64,000 bases of DNA from an uncultured archaeon (lineage in GTDB: Archaea > Asgardarchaeota > Lokiarchaeia > Sigyniarchaeales > SOKP01): NCBI GenBank assembly GCA_964493715.1, contig CAZBPC010000005.1:1-64000 (forward strand), in the 5' to 3' direction. The notes beneath the pieces were generated by a model that did not search any database, was not told where the DNA came from, and saw only the letters and a program-made list of their open reading frames with translations. The stretch's first letter is position 1, and each line of letters opens with the position of its first letter. Made by a program: the position numbers and the translations under genes. Positions 18,889 to 29,300 of this stretch are shown piece after piece.

Positions 18889-19071
18889 TTAATCTTCCTA
18901 ATTCTTTAATTTCTTAATATCTTTAAGGATATAAATAAAAACTAGTTAAAAAAAGTTTTGAATGGGGGAAAATTTACCAATTTAAATACAATTTGACTTT
19001 TTAGGCAAATTATTTTGGGGGATTTATTTAAATTGTGAAAAGAGATTTAGATTTGATATAAAATATTGATT

Positions 19072-20424
19072 TCACTCTTCTGGTGGTTCTGATGATTCTT
19101 CAGATGGTTCCTCGAGGTCTTCTTCCTCTTTTTCAGGAGCAAGTTCTCCGACAGGGGTCTCACAAATAGGACATTTTTCCCATCCTGATCTTAGAGCATA
19201 TCCACAGTTCTTGCATTCCGGTAGTTCTTGATCTTCCCATTCTGGTATATCTAATCCCCCGCCTCCTCTTTGTTTCGCTAATTCTAGCAATTCTTCTTCA
19301 GTCCACATCTCAATTCCCTCGGGAAGTCCAGTTCCCCGTTCAGAAATATGTTTAGCCAATTCTTCTTCAGTCCACACGGGCATATCAGGTTGAGAATTCA
19401 TTCTTGATTGTGCTTGTGCTGCTAATTCCTCAGCAGTCCATACTTTAAGCTCTTGACCTCCTGGTGTGCTAACAGATCCGGGAATTTGTTGTCCGTGAAC
19501 AGGAGTAGATCCCATTGTTGGAACGGGTGCATTACATGCAGCAGCAGAGAATTTTAATTGTGCCTCAAAGCATTTTGAATATCTATTGTTATCATTACTT
19601 TCATCAACTATGATCACTAATGTTGTCTTATCTGAAGGGATTGGTATCGCGATACCGCAAACAGCAGTATCTGATTTTGTCCTGCCACTCTCGTAAGCGG
19701 AGGTTAATTTCGATAATGACTCTTTTAAGTCATCTTCCTTCATAAAAAAGTCACATATTGGATCTCCATGCCGAGAGAATTCTTCATGATATTTAGCTAA
19801 TTGACTTGTGGTAATAGCGGAGTCAAATGAATTTATTATGGCATCAACATAAGGAAATAATTCTGATTTAGGTTCTTTTGCTGACTCATCAAGCTTATAT
19901 CCTCCTAAATCAAGATTTCCAGTGAATGGCGCAAAAAGGGGATCTTGATCCTTGATTTTTCCATAAAGCGTGGTTCTACCAATAAAACACTTGATTTCAC
20001 CATAATAGGTAATTGGATTGTCTAAGAGTTTCACTTTTTCATCAAATACAATACGAGGTACAGTTCGAAATATAATATCAACCCAGGGAAATTCTTTTAC
20101 TGGAATTTTTGCTCCGCAGGTTTTGATAATTAGTTCTGGTAATTTATTAAGATAGTCCTTTAAATGCTTCTTAATTTCCTTATATTTTTCTGATTTAAGT
20201 TCCTCTTCTGCGTGTTTTAATAATTCGTTGTATTTTTCCTCGTTTTTTTTGATATTTCCTCCAAAGGGTTTAATATCTCCAACAATATTTTCCTTGAAGA
20301 TAAACGTAGCTTCATCTATAATTTCTTTTTGCATTTCTGTGAGTTCTTCTACGAAAAAATCATCGATTTTTAATTGAATACTCTCAACAAACATAGAAAA
20401 TAATTTTGCTTCAGACAATAACAA
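19072..20424 (-). CDS. Hypothetical protein with tandem WTxEEL repeats, C-terminal zinc ribbon and acidic tail
   Basis: VWTAEEL, VWTEEEL, MWTEEEL; CKNC...CPIC; GAGGT ribosome-binding-like motif before the TTG start. Confidence 0.8.
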   Translation of the reverse strand: MLLSEAKLFSMFVESIQLKIDDFFVEELTEMQKEIIDEATFIFKENIVGDIKPFGGNIKKNEEKYNELLKHAEEELKSEKYKEIKKHLKDYLNKLPELIIKTCGAKIPVKEFPWVDIIFRTVPRIVFDEKVKLLDNPITYYGEIKCFIGRTTLYGKIKDQDPLFAPFTGNLDLGGYKLDESAKEPKSELFPYVDAIINSFDSAITTSQLAKYHEEFSRHGDPICDFFMKEDDLKESLSKLTSAYESGRTKSDTAVCGIAIPIPSDKTTLVIIVDESNDNNRYSKCFEAQLKFSAAACNAPVPTMGSTPVHGQQIPGSVSTPGGQELKVWTAEELAAQAQSRMNSQPDMPVWTEEELAKHISERGTGLPEGIEMWTEEELLELAKQRGGGGLDIPEWEDQELPECKNCGYALRSGWEKCPICETPVGELAPEKEEEDLEEPSEESSEPPEE

Positions 20425-20431
20425 TTACCTC

Positions 20432-20476
20432 ATTGTAAGTTTTAACTATAAATATATTGTAAGTTTTAACTATAAA
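20432..20476. repeat. 21-bp perfect direct repeat ATTGTAAGTTTTAACTATAAA, period 24 bp
   Basis: Copies at 20432-20452 and 20456-20476 in a divergent intergenic region. Confidence 0.85.
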
Positions 20477-20558
20477 AATTTATTTGAGAGAACAAGATAA
20501 AAATGATATATCTATTTTCATTCCATTTTAATTACCTAAATCAATTAAGGGAAATATA

Positions 20559-21590
20559 ATGTCAAACATATCTGAAAAAATAACCGTATTATTCATTACC
20601 AAAATAGCCCAACCCATACAAGAATATTTAGTGACAAATTTGAAAAAATATGAAAACTTGAAATTGGATTTTCCTTCTGACACTTCGAATAAAAATATTT
20701 TATCTCTTGTTCCAGATGCAGATGTATTAATAGGGTGGCGTCCAACTAAAGAGATTTTGGTAAAAGCTGTTAAGTTAAAAATGTTTATTAATCCTGGTGC
20801 AGGTATAAGTCACTTGATTGATTTATTTAGAGAAGTATCTCAAGAAAAAGAGATATTACTAATTAATGGGCATGGAAATTCCTATTTTGTCGCGCAACAT
20901 GCGGTTGCTATGTTATTAACATTTATGAATAAAACCATTTTGCATCATCAATGGATGAAAGAAGGAAAATGGAGGACTGGTGATGAGGAAGCTGCTTCTA
21001 TACCTTTACGTTTCAGAAAGGTAGGATTATTAGGCTATGGAGCGATTAACAAAAAAGTCCATAAAATGCTGCAAGGCTTTAACATCGAATTTTCTATTCT
21101 ACGCAATCATTGGGAGAAACAGAAAGAGCCATTAATCACTCCTGCTAAAAAATTTTCATATCATCAAATTAATGAATTCTGTGACGATATTGATATCATA
21201 ATAATTGCGATACCACATACATCAAAGACAATGGATTTGATTGGAAAGAAACAACTCAACTTGTTAGGAAAAGAGGGAATAGTAATAAATGTTGGACGAG
21301 GAGAGATAATTAATGAGTTAGCACTCTACAATGCTTTAAAAGATAAAACAATTACAGGAGCAGCAATTGATGTATGGTATAATTATTCACCTATTGAAGA
21401 TGATGATGGCAAAAAATACCCATATAATTATCCTTTTCATAACCTTGATAATCTTATTCTTTCACCTCATAGAGGCTATTCTCCTTTTATTGATCTCCTC
21501 AGATGGAATGAAGTTATAGAAAACTTATCTCGATTATCTGATAATAAGAGCCTATTTATTAATCAAGTCAATCTATTTGAAGAATATTAG
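20559..21590 (+). CDS. D-isomer-specific 2-hydroxyacid dehydrogenase
   Basis: GLLGYGAI Rossmann motif, INVGRG, AAIDVW, LSPHRG. Confidence 0.9.
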   Translation: MSNISEKITVLFITKIAQPIQEYLVTNLKKYENLKLDFPSDTSNKNILSLVPDADVLIGWRPTKEILVKAVKLKMFINPGAGISHLIDLFREVSQEKEILLINGHGNSYFVAQHAVAMLLTFMNKTILHHQWMKEGKWRTGDEEAASIPLRFRKVGLLGYGAINKKVHKMLQGFNIEFSILRNHWEKQKEPLITPAKKFSYHQINEFCDDIDIIIIAIPHTSKTMDLIGKKQLNLLGKEGIVINVGRGEIINELALYNALKDKTITGAAIDVWYNYSPIEDDDGKKYPYNYPFHNLDNLILSPHRGYSPFIDLLRWNEVIENLSRLSDNKSLFINQVNLFEEY

Positions 21591-22020
21591 TAAGAAAGAT
21601 CACAGAATTGTCAAAGCATAAATTTCACTCTATTCACAAGAAAATCATGCAAATGAAATTATTTTTGAAAATTTTTCATATAACTGAACAGTTATTAAAT
21701 TTTTATATAAATCATAATTAACAATTACTGATCACTATTTATACTTGATAAAACAAAATAAGTAATATAGCCATAAAAGAGAAAACCTTTTAAACAAACG
21801 ACTTAAATTCTATTTTCTCGTCTTAAATATTAGATTTCTACAATTGGGAAAAAATTTATTTTTTAAAACATATTAATCGGTTAAAAAAAAAGATTTAAAT
21901 ATAATTTTACCATAAATTATAATATCACCAAACAAGTAAATTTTAAAGGTTAAGGCAGTTTAAAATTAATGGAATCCTAAGGATTTCTCAATAAGATCAT
22001 TCTGACTTAATTCATTAAAG

Positions 22021-22335
22021 ATGGATTGTGAGAACATGAAAATTGTAACAGTTAACGTCCCTGAAAGTTATATAGATGCCATCAACAAGTTGATTGGCGA
22101 GAATGGCCTATATCCTTCACGATCCGAGCTTATTCGATGTGCGGTACGACAATTTTTAATAAGAGAATTGTCAGCAGCAAATAAGATGGTAAAAATTGGC
22201 GATCTTAGTAATTTGGATGATTTCGATGATGAAAAGTTTGTTCGTGTTCCGATTGATAGTATAAATGATAAATCTGAGCCCATCCAAACTTTTAAAACTT
22301 ATAAAATTGTGAAGAGATTAGACGTCAAGTCTTAA
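22021..22335 (+). CDS. Ribbon-helix-helix regulator (CopG/CdrS-like); probable start ATG at 22036
   Basis: MKIVTVNVPESYIDAINKLI..GLYPSRSELIRCAVR. Confidence 0.85.
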   Translation: MDCENMKIVTVNVPESYIDAINKLIGENGLYPSRSELIRCAVRQFLIRELSAANKMVKIGDLSNLDDFDDEKFVRVPIDSINDKSEPIQTFKTYKIVKRLDVKS

Positions 22336-22554
22336 GCTTTTTATTTCTATTTTTTTTTTCTTTTTCGATGACAATATAATCCAAAATTATTTGATTTTTA
22401 TACTAATAAGTCAGATTTAAGGAATTAGGTTTTTGTTCAAAAAAAAATCATTAAATTAAAAAACGTTAAAAAATAAAATATTGAAATCTGTTTCATTTTT
22501 TATTATTTTATCAATGCTTCAAAATTCATTAAATATTTAAAATTTGGTATCTGA

Positions 22555-23859
22555 TTGGTTATTAATAATTCTAATAAGGTACTTATCATTCCATCGAAAT
22601 TAGATAAAATCGAATATTTTCCAAGATTTATGGAATGGGGAATAATTTCAAAAGAAAATTTCAAGGATATTTATGATGTCCCAATTAAAAGATGGGATCC
22701 CTTATCAACCATTACAAGAACAACTGATGAATTTGGATTGCACAAAAAGATAGAACGATACTATGGACATTATGCTTATCTATCTCCAATCAGAGGTCAA
22801 AGACCTAAGGGTTATGAAACAATCGATAAGAAGAGTTCCATTCAAAAATGTTCAAAAACATATTGGAATGATTATAAAGATGTCTTTAGTGCAACTACTG
22901 AAGGAATTCCATTGAATAATGGTGTAGAAAACGATCGTGGTGACAGTTACACTCTAATCATTACCGAGGATGAAAAAAGGAAGCAAAATCCCTTTTCCGG
23001 CACTCTATCTGAAATCGAGAAGATTTCAGAAAGATGTAAAGCACTTACATTAATTAATCGTTATCCAGCAATGGCACGCGTCATCGATCCAGAAATTGAT
23101 ATTTATATTGAAGAAAATTTACCTAAGCACTTAAAATTAGCACGAGGGATTAATTTGGTCACAATCGCTCGAAATTTCTATCCTTCTTCGTGTTTTGATC
23201 TGATACCTGAAGATGTGTTAACAGGAATTTTTTTATCAATGAAAGAAGCAATACTTTATTGTATCTTAGAAGCTATCGAACTAGATTATTTTGATATTCC
23301 AGTAGTTCCATTTTTTAACATTGGTAGTGAAGTGGGCGGAAGTCAACCTAGAATTCATAGCCAAGTATATATTGATTTAAATGGCGATGGACATGGTTCG
23401 CGCTTGGAAGGACATCTACAAGCTTTCAAACAAATGGGTGATAATTGTCATTTATGTGAAACAACTCACGGGGATACCGACCGGATTATATTAAATACGG
23501 AATATTGGACATATTATACCACTGGAAGCCCCATAAGAAATTATCACATTAGATTCCATCCAAATGAACATATACGCCGGTTCTCCCAATTAAATATAAA
23601 CCAGTTAGAAGATTTAGCAAGATCAATGAAACTAATCTTTAACGCTCTTGATGACATCAAGATAGATGAGAATCGTAATATCTTATTCAATTGTTGCCCG
23701 TATGGATATGATGCGAATTTTCACATGTTTGGAGATATCATACCACATGAAGTCATAGGGGGAGCAGAAATGGCAGATGATATGCGTGTCGCAAGAAAAT
23801 TACCTCACAAAGCTGCCGCTGAAATACGGAAGGCATTAGAGGAAAGGAACAAAAAGTGA
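22555..23859 (+). CDS. GalT/HIT-superfamily sugar-1-phosphate nucleotidylyltransferase-like protein
   Basis: SPIRGQRP, NPF, NRYPA, FFNIGSEVGGSQPRIHSQ (cf. GalT HxHxQ), CHLC, FHM. Confidence 0.7.
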   Translation: MVINNSNKVLIIPSKLDKIEYFPRFMEWGIISKENFKDIYDVPIKRWDPLSTITRTTDEFGLHKKIERYYGHYAYLSPIRGQRPKGYETIDKKSSIQKCSKTYWNDYKDVFSATTEGIPLNNGVENDRGDSYTLIITEDEKRKQNPFSGTLSEIEKISERCKALTLINRYPAMARVIDPEIDIYIEENLPKHLKLARGINLVTIARNFYPSSCFDLIPEDVLTGIFLSMKEAILYCILEAIELDYFDIPVVPFFNIGSEVGGSQPRIHSQVYIDLNGDGHGSRLEGHLQAFKQMGDNCHLCETTHGDTDRIILNTEYWTYYTTGSPIRNYHIRFHPNEHIRRFSQLNINQLEDLARSMKLIFNALDDIKIDENRNILFNCCPYGYDANFHMFGDIIPHEVIGGAEMADDMRVARKLPHKAAAEIRKALEERNKK

Positions 23860-23945
23860 TTTTGATTTTTACAGTTTAATTTAAATAATATTCTAAATTG
23901 GATGGATTTTTATTTTTAATCTATTTTGGCAATTTTTAAATTTCA

Positions 23946-25160
23946 ATGAAAATTAGATTTATAGCTACTAAAAAACATATAAATAATGAGAAAAAATTTG
24001 AGAGATTCAATTTGAGGGAATGGTCAGCGATAATCCTTGCTGGTGGTAAAGGTTCGAGACTCATGCCATTAACATCCCAAATACCAAAACCATTAGTAAA
24101 GGTCACGAATAAACCAATGGTTGATTATTCAATTGCACATTTGATTTATGCAGACATCAAACATATAATACTCGCTTTAGCTCATCAGGGTCAACAAATG
24201 AAAGATTACATTGAAAAAACATGGACTGCGGAAAAACTGGGAGACGTGGAACTGGAATGTGAAATCCAAGAAAGTAAGGGGACTGCTGATGCCTACAGAA
24301 TGTTGGATGATAAAATTGATTCAGAAAATATAGTAGTAAGTATGGCAGATATCGTAACTAATCTTCCAGTAAGAGATTTCATGAATTTTCATTCTGAAAA
24401 AGCAGGAATAGCAACAATTTCTATGAAAAAAAGTGAAACTCACACAAGTCAATATGGTGTAGTTTTATTAGATGATAACCGAAAAATCTACTTATTTTTA
24501 GAAAAACCGGCACCAATGGAACTATATCTGAGTAGCATGGCACAAAGAGCAGATTTATTTCTTAATACAAATATCATAAATACGGGTATTTACTGTTTAA
24601 AAAACAAAATTGCAGATATCATTGAAAATACCAACCTCATAGATTTTGGAGGAGAAGTTTTTCCATACTTACTTGAAAATGAATATAATCTATATGGGTT
24701 TGTTAAAGATTACTATTGGTTGGATTGTGGAAATATTCAAACATATAAATGGGCAAATTGGGATTTATTACGAAAGTATGCATGGCCCATCACACCTAAC
24801 GGGGAAGAATATGATAATATTTACGTAATGGGAGTGATTGATTCGGGTCAAAATACTATAATAGAAAAACCAACTTGTTTTGGGGAATTGGTTCATCTCT
24901 CAAATAGAGTTAAAATCAAAGAATTAACATCAATTGGAAATCAAGTTAAAATTGGTGAAGACACGGTAATTGAGAAAAGTATTATTTGGGATAATGTAAT
25001 TATTGGAGCGGGATGTATAATTGCGGATTCCATTGTTTGTAATGATTGTAATATAGGAGATAATGTCGTATTACAAAATGCAATTATTGCCCCTAATTGT
25101 CAAGTGAGTGATGATTCACAGCTTCGAGATAAAACTCTTGATCTTGGGACAAGTATATAA
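23946..25160 (+). CDS. NDP-sugar pyrophosphorylase (mannose/glucose-1-phosphate nucleotidyltransferase family) with left-handed beta-helix; start may be a downstream TTG
   Basis: ILAGGKGSRLMPLT..PKPL, GTAD, FLEKP, YWLDCG, hexapeptide repeats. Confidence 0.9.
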   Translation: MKIRFIATKKHINNEKKFERFNLREWSAIILAGGKGSRLMPLTSQIPKPLVKVTNKPMVDYSIAHLIYADIKHIILALAHQGQQMKDYIEKTWTAEKLGDVELECEIQESKGTADAYRMLDDKIDSENIVVSMADIVTNLPVRDFMNFHSEKAGIATISMKKSETHTSQYGVVLLDDNRKIYLFLEKPAPMELYLSSMAQRADLFLNTNIINTGIYCLKNKIADIIENTNLIDFGGEVFPYLLENEYNLYGFVKDYYWLDCGNIQTYKWANWDLLRKYAWPITPNGEEYDNIYVMGVIDSGQNTIIEKPTCFGELVHLSNRVKIKELTSIGNQVKIGEDTVIEKSIIWDNVIIGAGCIIADSIVCNDCNIGDNVVLQNAIIAPNCQVSDDSQLRDKTLDLGTSI

Positions 25161-25355
25161 TCAAACTTATGTCTTTTTTTAAATGATGTGAGTAGAAGCA
25201 ACATGCTGAAATGTATATGGGGAGTATTGTGGGATTTAATTCTAAAAATCTTTATATATTACTCTTTATTTTATCAAAGGAGAGAATTCAAATAAATTAT
25301 ATAGTTAAATCATCCATTTATATCAGATATAATAGTTATTTACTCTTACACCTAC

Positions 25356-25787
25356 GTGATTTTTAGTTATATAATCCTTTTTGGAGGGATATTTTTAATA
25401 AAATTTTTCACTGACAAATTCGAGTATCGCAAATCATATAAACCTCCAGTATTGATTAATGTAATCTGGTTTTTAATAGCATTTTTTGTTTTAGGTATTT
25501 TAACCAATGCGATAGTGGGTTATTTCGTCATTAGTAGTGGAGATATTGCTTTTATTGCAATTAGCAATATAATTATATCAATAATAAGAATAGTGTCAAA
25601 TTTTCTAATAATCGTTCAATTAATCAAGTTTTTTTATAAAAGTGGGTATAATGATTCAATTTTTATCACCTTAGCAGTTATATCAATACAAATTTTCATT
25701 CGAATTATAATAGCTAACATATTAAGCATTATTTTTAATGCTACAACAGGGGGATTTATTTCATTTTATGAATTTCAATTTATTTAA
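25356..25787 (+). CDS. Small multi-pass membrane protein
   Basis: About 4 hydrophobic segments; similar to the next ORF (FYK..Y.DS.FIT). Confidence 0.65.
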   Translation: MIFSYIILFGGIFLIKFFTDKFEYRKSYKPPVLINVIWFLIAFFVLGILTNAIVGYFVISSGDIAFIAISNIIISIIRIVSNFLIIVQLIKFFYKSGYNDSIFITLAVISIQIFIRIIIANILSIIFNATTGGFISFYEFQFI

Positions 25788-25837
25788 CTACATTTAACTA
25801 AAAGTAATCCAAAAATTAAAAATCAAGGTAGGAGATC

Positions 25838-26290
25838 ATGGATTTTATTATTATTTTAACAGATATTATATTATTAATAATAGTGTTAATTTTAAGAGCA
25901 TTATATACTAACTGGCTTACGCTAAAACTGAAATGGGAAAGTTCTTTTAGGAGGGCATTTTTAGCAAATCTAGTATGGATTATCTTTATAGTAATTATAA
26001 GTTTGCTAGTTATTTTCATCGCCCCTCCACTATTTATTGAATTAAGTATAACTGAAGATGACATAGCTTCATTTTATCTAATAATCAATCTTTCAATTTT
26101 TATAATTAATATAATAATTGGAATTATTATCATGTATTCTTTTTATAAGAAAAAATATTGGGATTCTTTTTTTATAACGATTATTGTGGTGATAAGTGAA
26201 AGAATTTTAAGGTATATAATAATTACAAGCATTTATTTGATCCTAGGCGTATTTTTAACCGAAGGTTTTTATCTATTTACTCCTTTCTAA
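25838..26290 (+). CDS. Small multi-pass membrane protein, paralog of the preceding gene
   Basis: Hydrophobic; shared N.(I/V)W and FYKK.YWDSFFIT pattern; GGAG upstream. Confidence 0.7.
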   Translation: MDFIIILTDIILLIIVLILRALYTNWLTLKLKWESSFRRAFLANLVWIIFIVIISLLVIFIAPPLFIELSITEDDIASFYLIINLSIFIINIIIGIIIMYSFYKKKYWDSFFITIIVVISERILRYIIITSIYLILGVFLTEGFYLFTPF

Positions 26291-26311
26291 ATAATCCAAA
26301 AGTTAAATACT

Positions 26312-29300
26312 CTATACTTGACTTTGCAGACTTTCAAGGAATGCATTTACCTGATATTTTGAATTTTTCGCAGTTTCTCTCCATTTAAGAAATAAGTTTG
26401 CTATTTTATGTAGTGGCTTTACTAAATCATCACCATTGCTAATAAGATTAATGAGAGATATTATTGAGAGCCATCTTATGAATTTTTCAAAATTTTCTGC
26501 ACTGAACCACAATATATCTTGATATCTATTAAATCGTAGGAATTGTTGTACTTCAGGATTTTTGAAAAATTCGTTAATAATCGATAGTTCATCATTTTCT
26601 TTGATTTGAATTTTATCCAGCCAATTTTGGTGGATTATGAGTATTTTAATTAATGATAATGATCCTGAAATATCCTCTATATCATCTTTCTTTAATTGTT
26701 GAAGCATTGATTGAATATATTTTGATAAATACCAATCATCTATCCAACTGCGGCTCCTTAACTCGTAATCTTCCTCCGAAACAATTTTTCCAAGTGGATG
26801 GATCACAATCCAAGAATACAGGATACCCCACTCAATCGCATTCAATGGAAATAAGTCTTTAATCAAAATTGATATTTGATCATCTTTCAGATATTTTTTA
26901 ATAATTCCATCCAATTTTGAAGCGGATTTCACTTTGGTTAAAATTTCATTAAGTAGTGGTGTGACATTTTTACTACTGTTTGAATATTTCTTTACTTCTA
27001 ATAGGAAGTTATTGAGCATGCTAAGATATTTTTCTTGCTCGGAATCTTTTAGTTTATGGTTAATTATTTTAAGTAAGATTTTCTCGTTTACTAATTCTTC
27101 AATTGGAGAATGTAATGGACCATAGATAATGTCTGTAAGTGTTTCATCAATATTTGGAGTCCCTTTTCCATTTAAAAAGCCATAAAGTTGAGCATAATGG
27201 AAAAACTCATTATCTTGAACTATTCTAAAGTCCAAAAATACAAGAGTGTGATAAGCATGTAGTTCTACATATAGTCCTTGTTGATATATATCACTATTTC
27301 GTCTAATATATTCAAGATTCATGATCGCGTCTTTAAAAATGCAGTATCCATCTTTTGGCAAGCCTAATCCTTCAGCAATAGTTTTTTGCTGCAATTTTTT
27401 ATCTCCATTTTCTTTTAAAGCAAATGCTACAGAATTTTTTATAAATCCCTTAGTTTCAGCATACTTATTATGATAAATCACAAGAGCTCTTTCATTTCCA
27501 ACTCTATTTGAATAAGCAAAAACATCTTCATTAACAGTATCGCCCGTAAAAAAATCATATAACAAGAAGCTTTTTACTTCAGCAAATAGATATCTTTTTT
27601 TCATCAAAGGAAAAATAATTTCTTCGTGATGTTGTAATAATCCTAAATTAATTTCTTCATTCCAATAAGATCGCCTATATTCCATTCCATACTTCTCATA
27701 AAAACCCTCAACTTGTCCATGACCAAACATTGGCAGTCCAGGCATGGTAATCATCATTGTACATATCCCAAAGTATTTGGATCCATCACCAAATTGTTTA
27801 ATTGCTGTTACCTCATCGGGATTATTCATAAAATTAACGAATCGTTTAAGAATTTTAGGATCAAATTCAAGGGTATTTTTAATAACTAGTCGATACATAG
27901 CATTATCTTCATCTCTTAACATATTCATAAATGCTGAATTATATACGCGATGCATACCTAATGAACGAACAAAATATCCCTCAAGTAACCAAAATGCTTC
28001 GGCTAAAAGTAAAGTATCAGGATTATCTTTATTTATTCGATTGACTACTTCTCGCCAAAATTCTTCTGGCATTGCATTATGAAAGTCCTCTCTTGGGATT
28101 CCATATTCTGCTCTAGAGGGTATTGCGCCTCCGGTCCCAGGCTCCGGAAACCACAATCTTTGATAATGCTTTTTTGTTAAAGTCATTGCAGCATCAAATC
28201 TTATTATTTGAAACATTCTAGAAACATAAAGAATAGTTTGTATTACGGATTCTCTTACTTCCTTCTTGAGAAAATTTAACTGTGCAGTGTCATTCCATGG
28301 AAAACTCGTCCCATCATTACCGTGGTATATATATTTTGTTTCTCCCGTACTATAATCTACACGTTTGAATGTTACTGCGGCATCTGTTCGATCAAAATAT
28401 TTATCTTCTAAAAATATACCATAATTGGGATCATTTGATAAACTATTACCAGAATATGTATAAGACGGAAATGGAGGATAAGGAAGCGAGATATACCAAT
28501 CGGGATGTTCAATCATCCATTTAGATACAATCCCAGTATGATTCGGCACCATATCACTTGCAAGACGAATACCTCTATATAAGGCACGTTGTTTTAAATT
28601 TTCAAAAGCTTCTTGACCACCTAAATCGTAGGCAATAATATAATCATATAATGAATATGCACTTGCTTCTGCTTCGGGATTACCACACCAATTTTTTATT
28701 GTTTTTGATGCTTGACTTCTTTCCCATAAACCAATCAACCATAGAGCATTGAATCCCCAATCCTTTAATTGATCAAGCTCTTCATCGGGAATTTCATTTA
28801 ATTTAGTAATTGATTTGTGATATTTTTTGGATAATTGATCTAACCATACATACGTATTTTTTGCTAGCATAACCACTTTTGGCATCCAATCTTTATCAGG
28901 TGTAAAATTTTCCATTTCAAGCATATCATAAGAATATGCTTTAGATTTACCGGGACCTAATCCTCTGAATGTTTCTTCTTCTCGAATGAGGTCTAATGCT
29001 AATAAGATAGCTTGAGAATATTTTCCTAAAACATCGCCCCAATTTTCATAGAGATATTCTAATTGCTCACGAATTGAATATGGATGCATTTTTATGGGAT
29101 CCTCCAACATTTTTATTAAATTTTGATTTTTAGGACCAAACTTTGGTCTTTCTTCAAAAAAATTTTCTATCTCATTAATGATTTCTACATATTTAGTACC
29201 TTTTTCGAGTTTTTCATCGTTAAAAAGCTCTAAATATGGAGTAAATGATGGATTATTATTTCCCAACCAAAGAGGAATAAATTCTTCCAAAATCAAAGCA

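Noticed and set aside
19280-19445. WTEEE repeats considered as Myb/SANT domains
   Set aside because: The repeat period of about 24 aa is too short, and the second and third helices with their conserved Trp are absent
20432-20476. Direct repeat considered as a CRISPR remnant
   Set aside because: Only two copies with a 3-nt gap, no spacer-length unique sequence, and no cas genes
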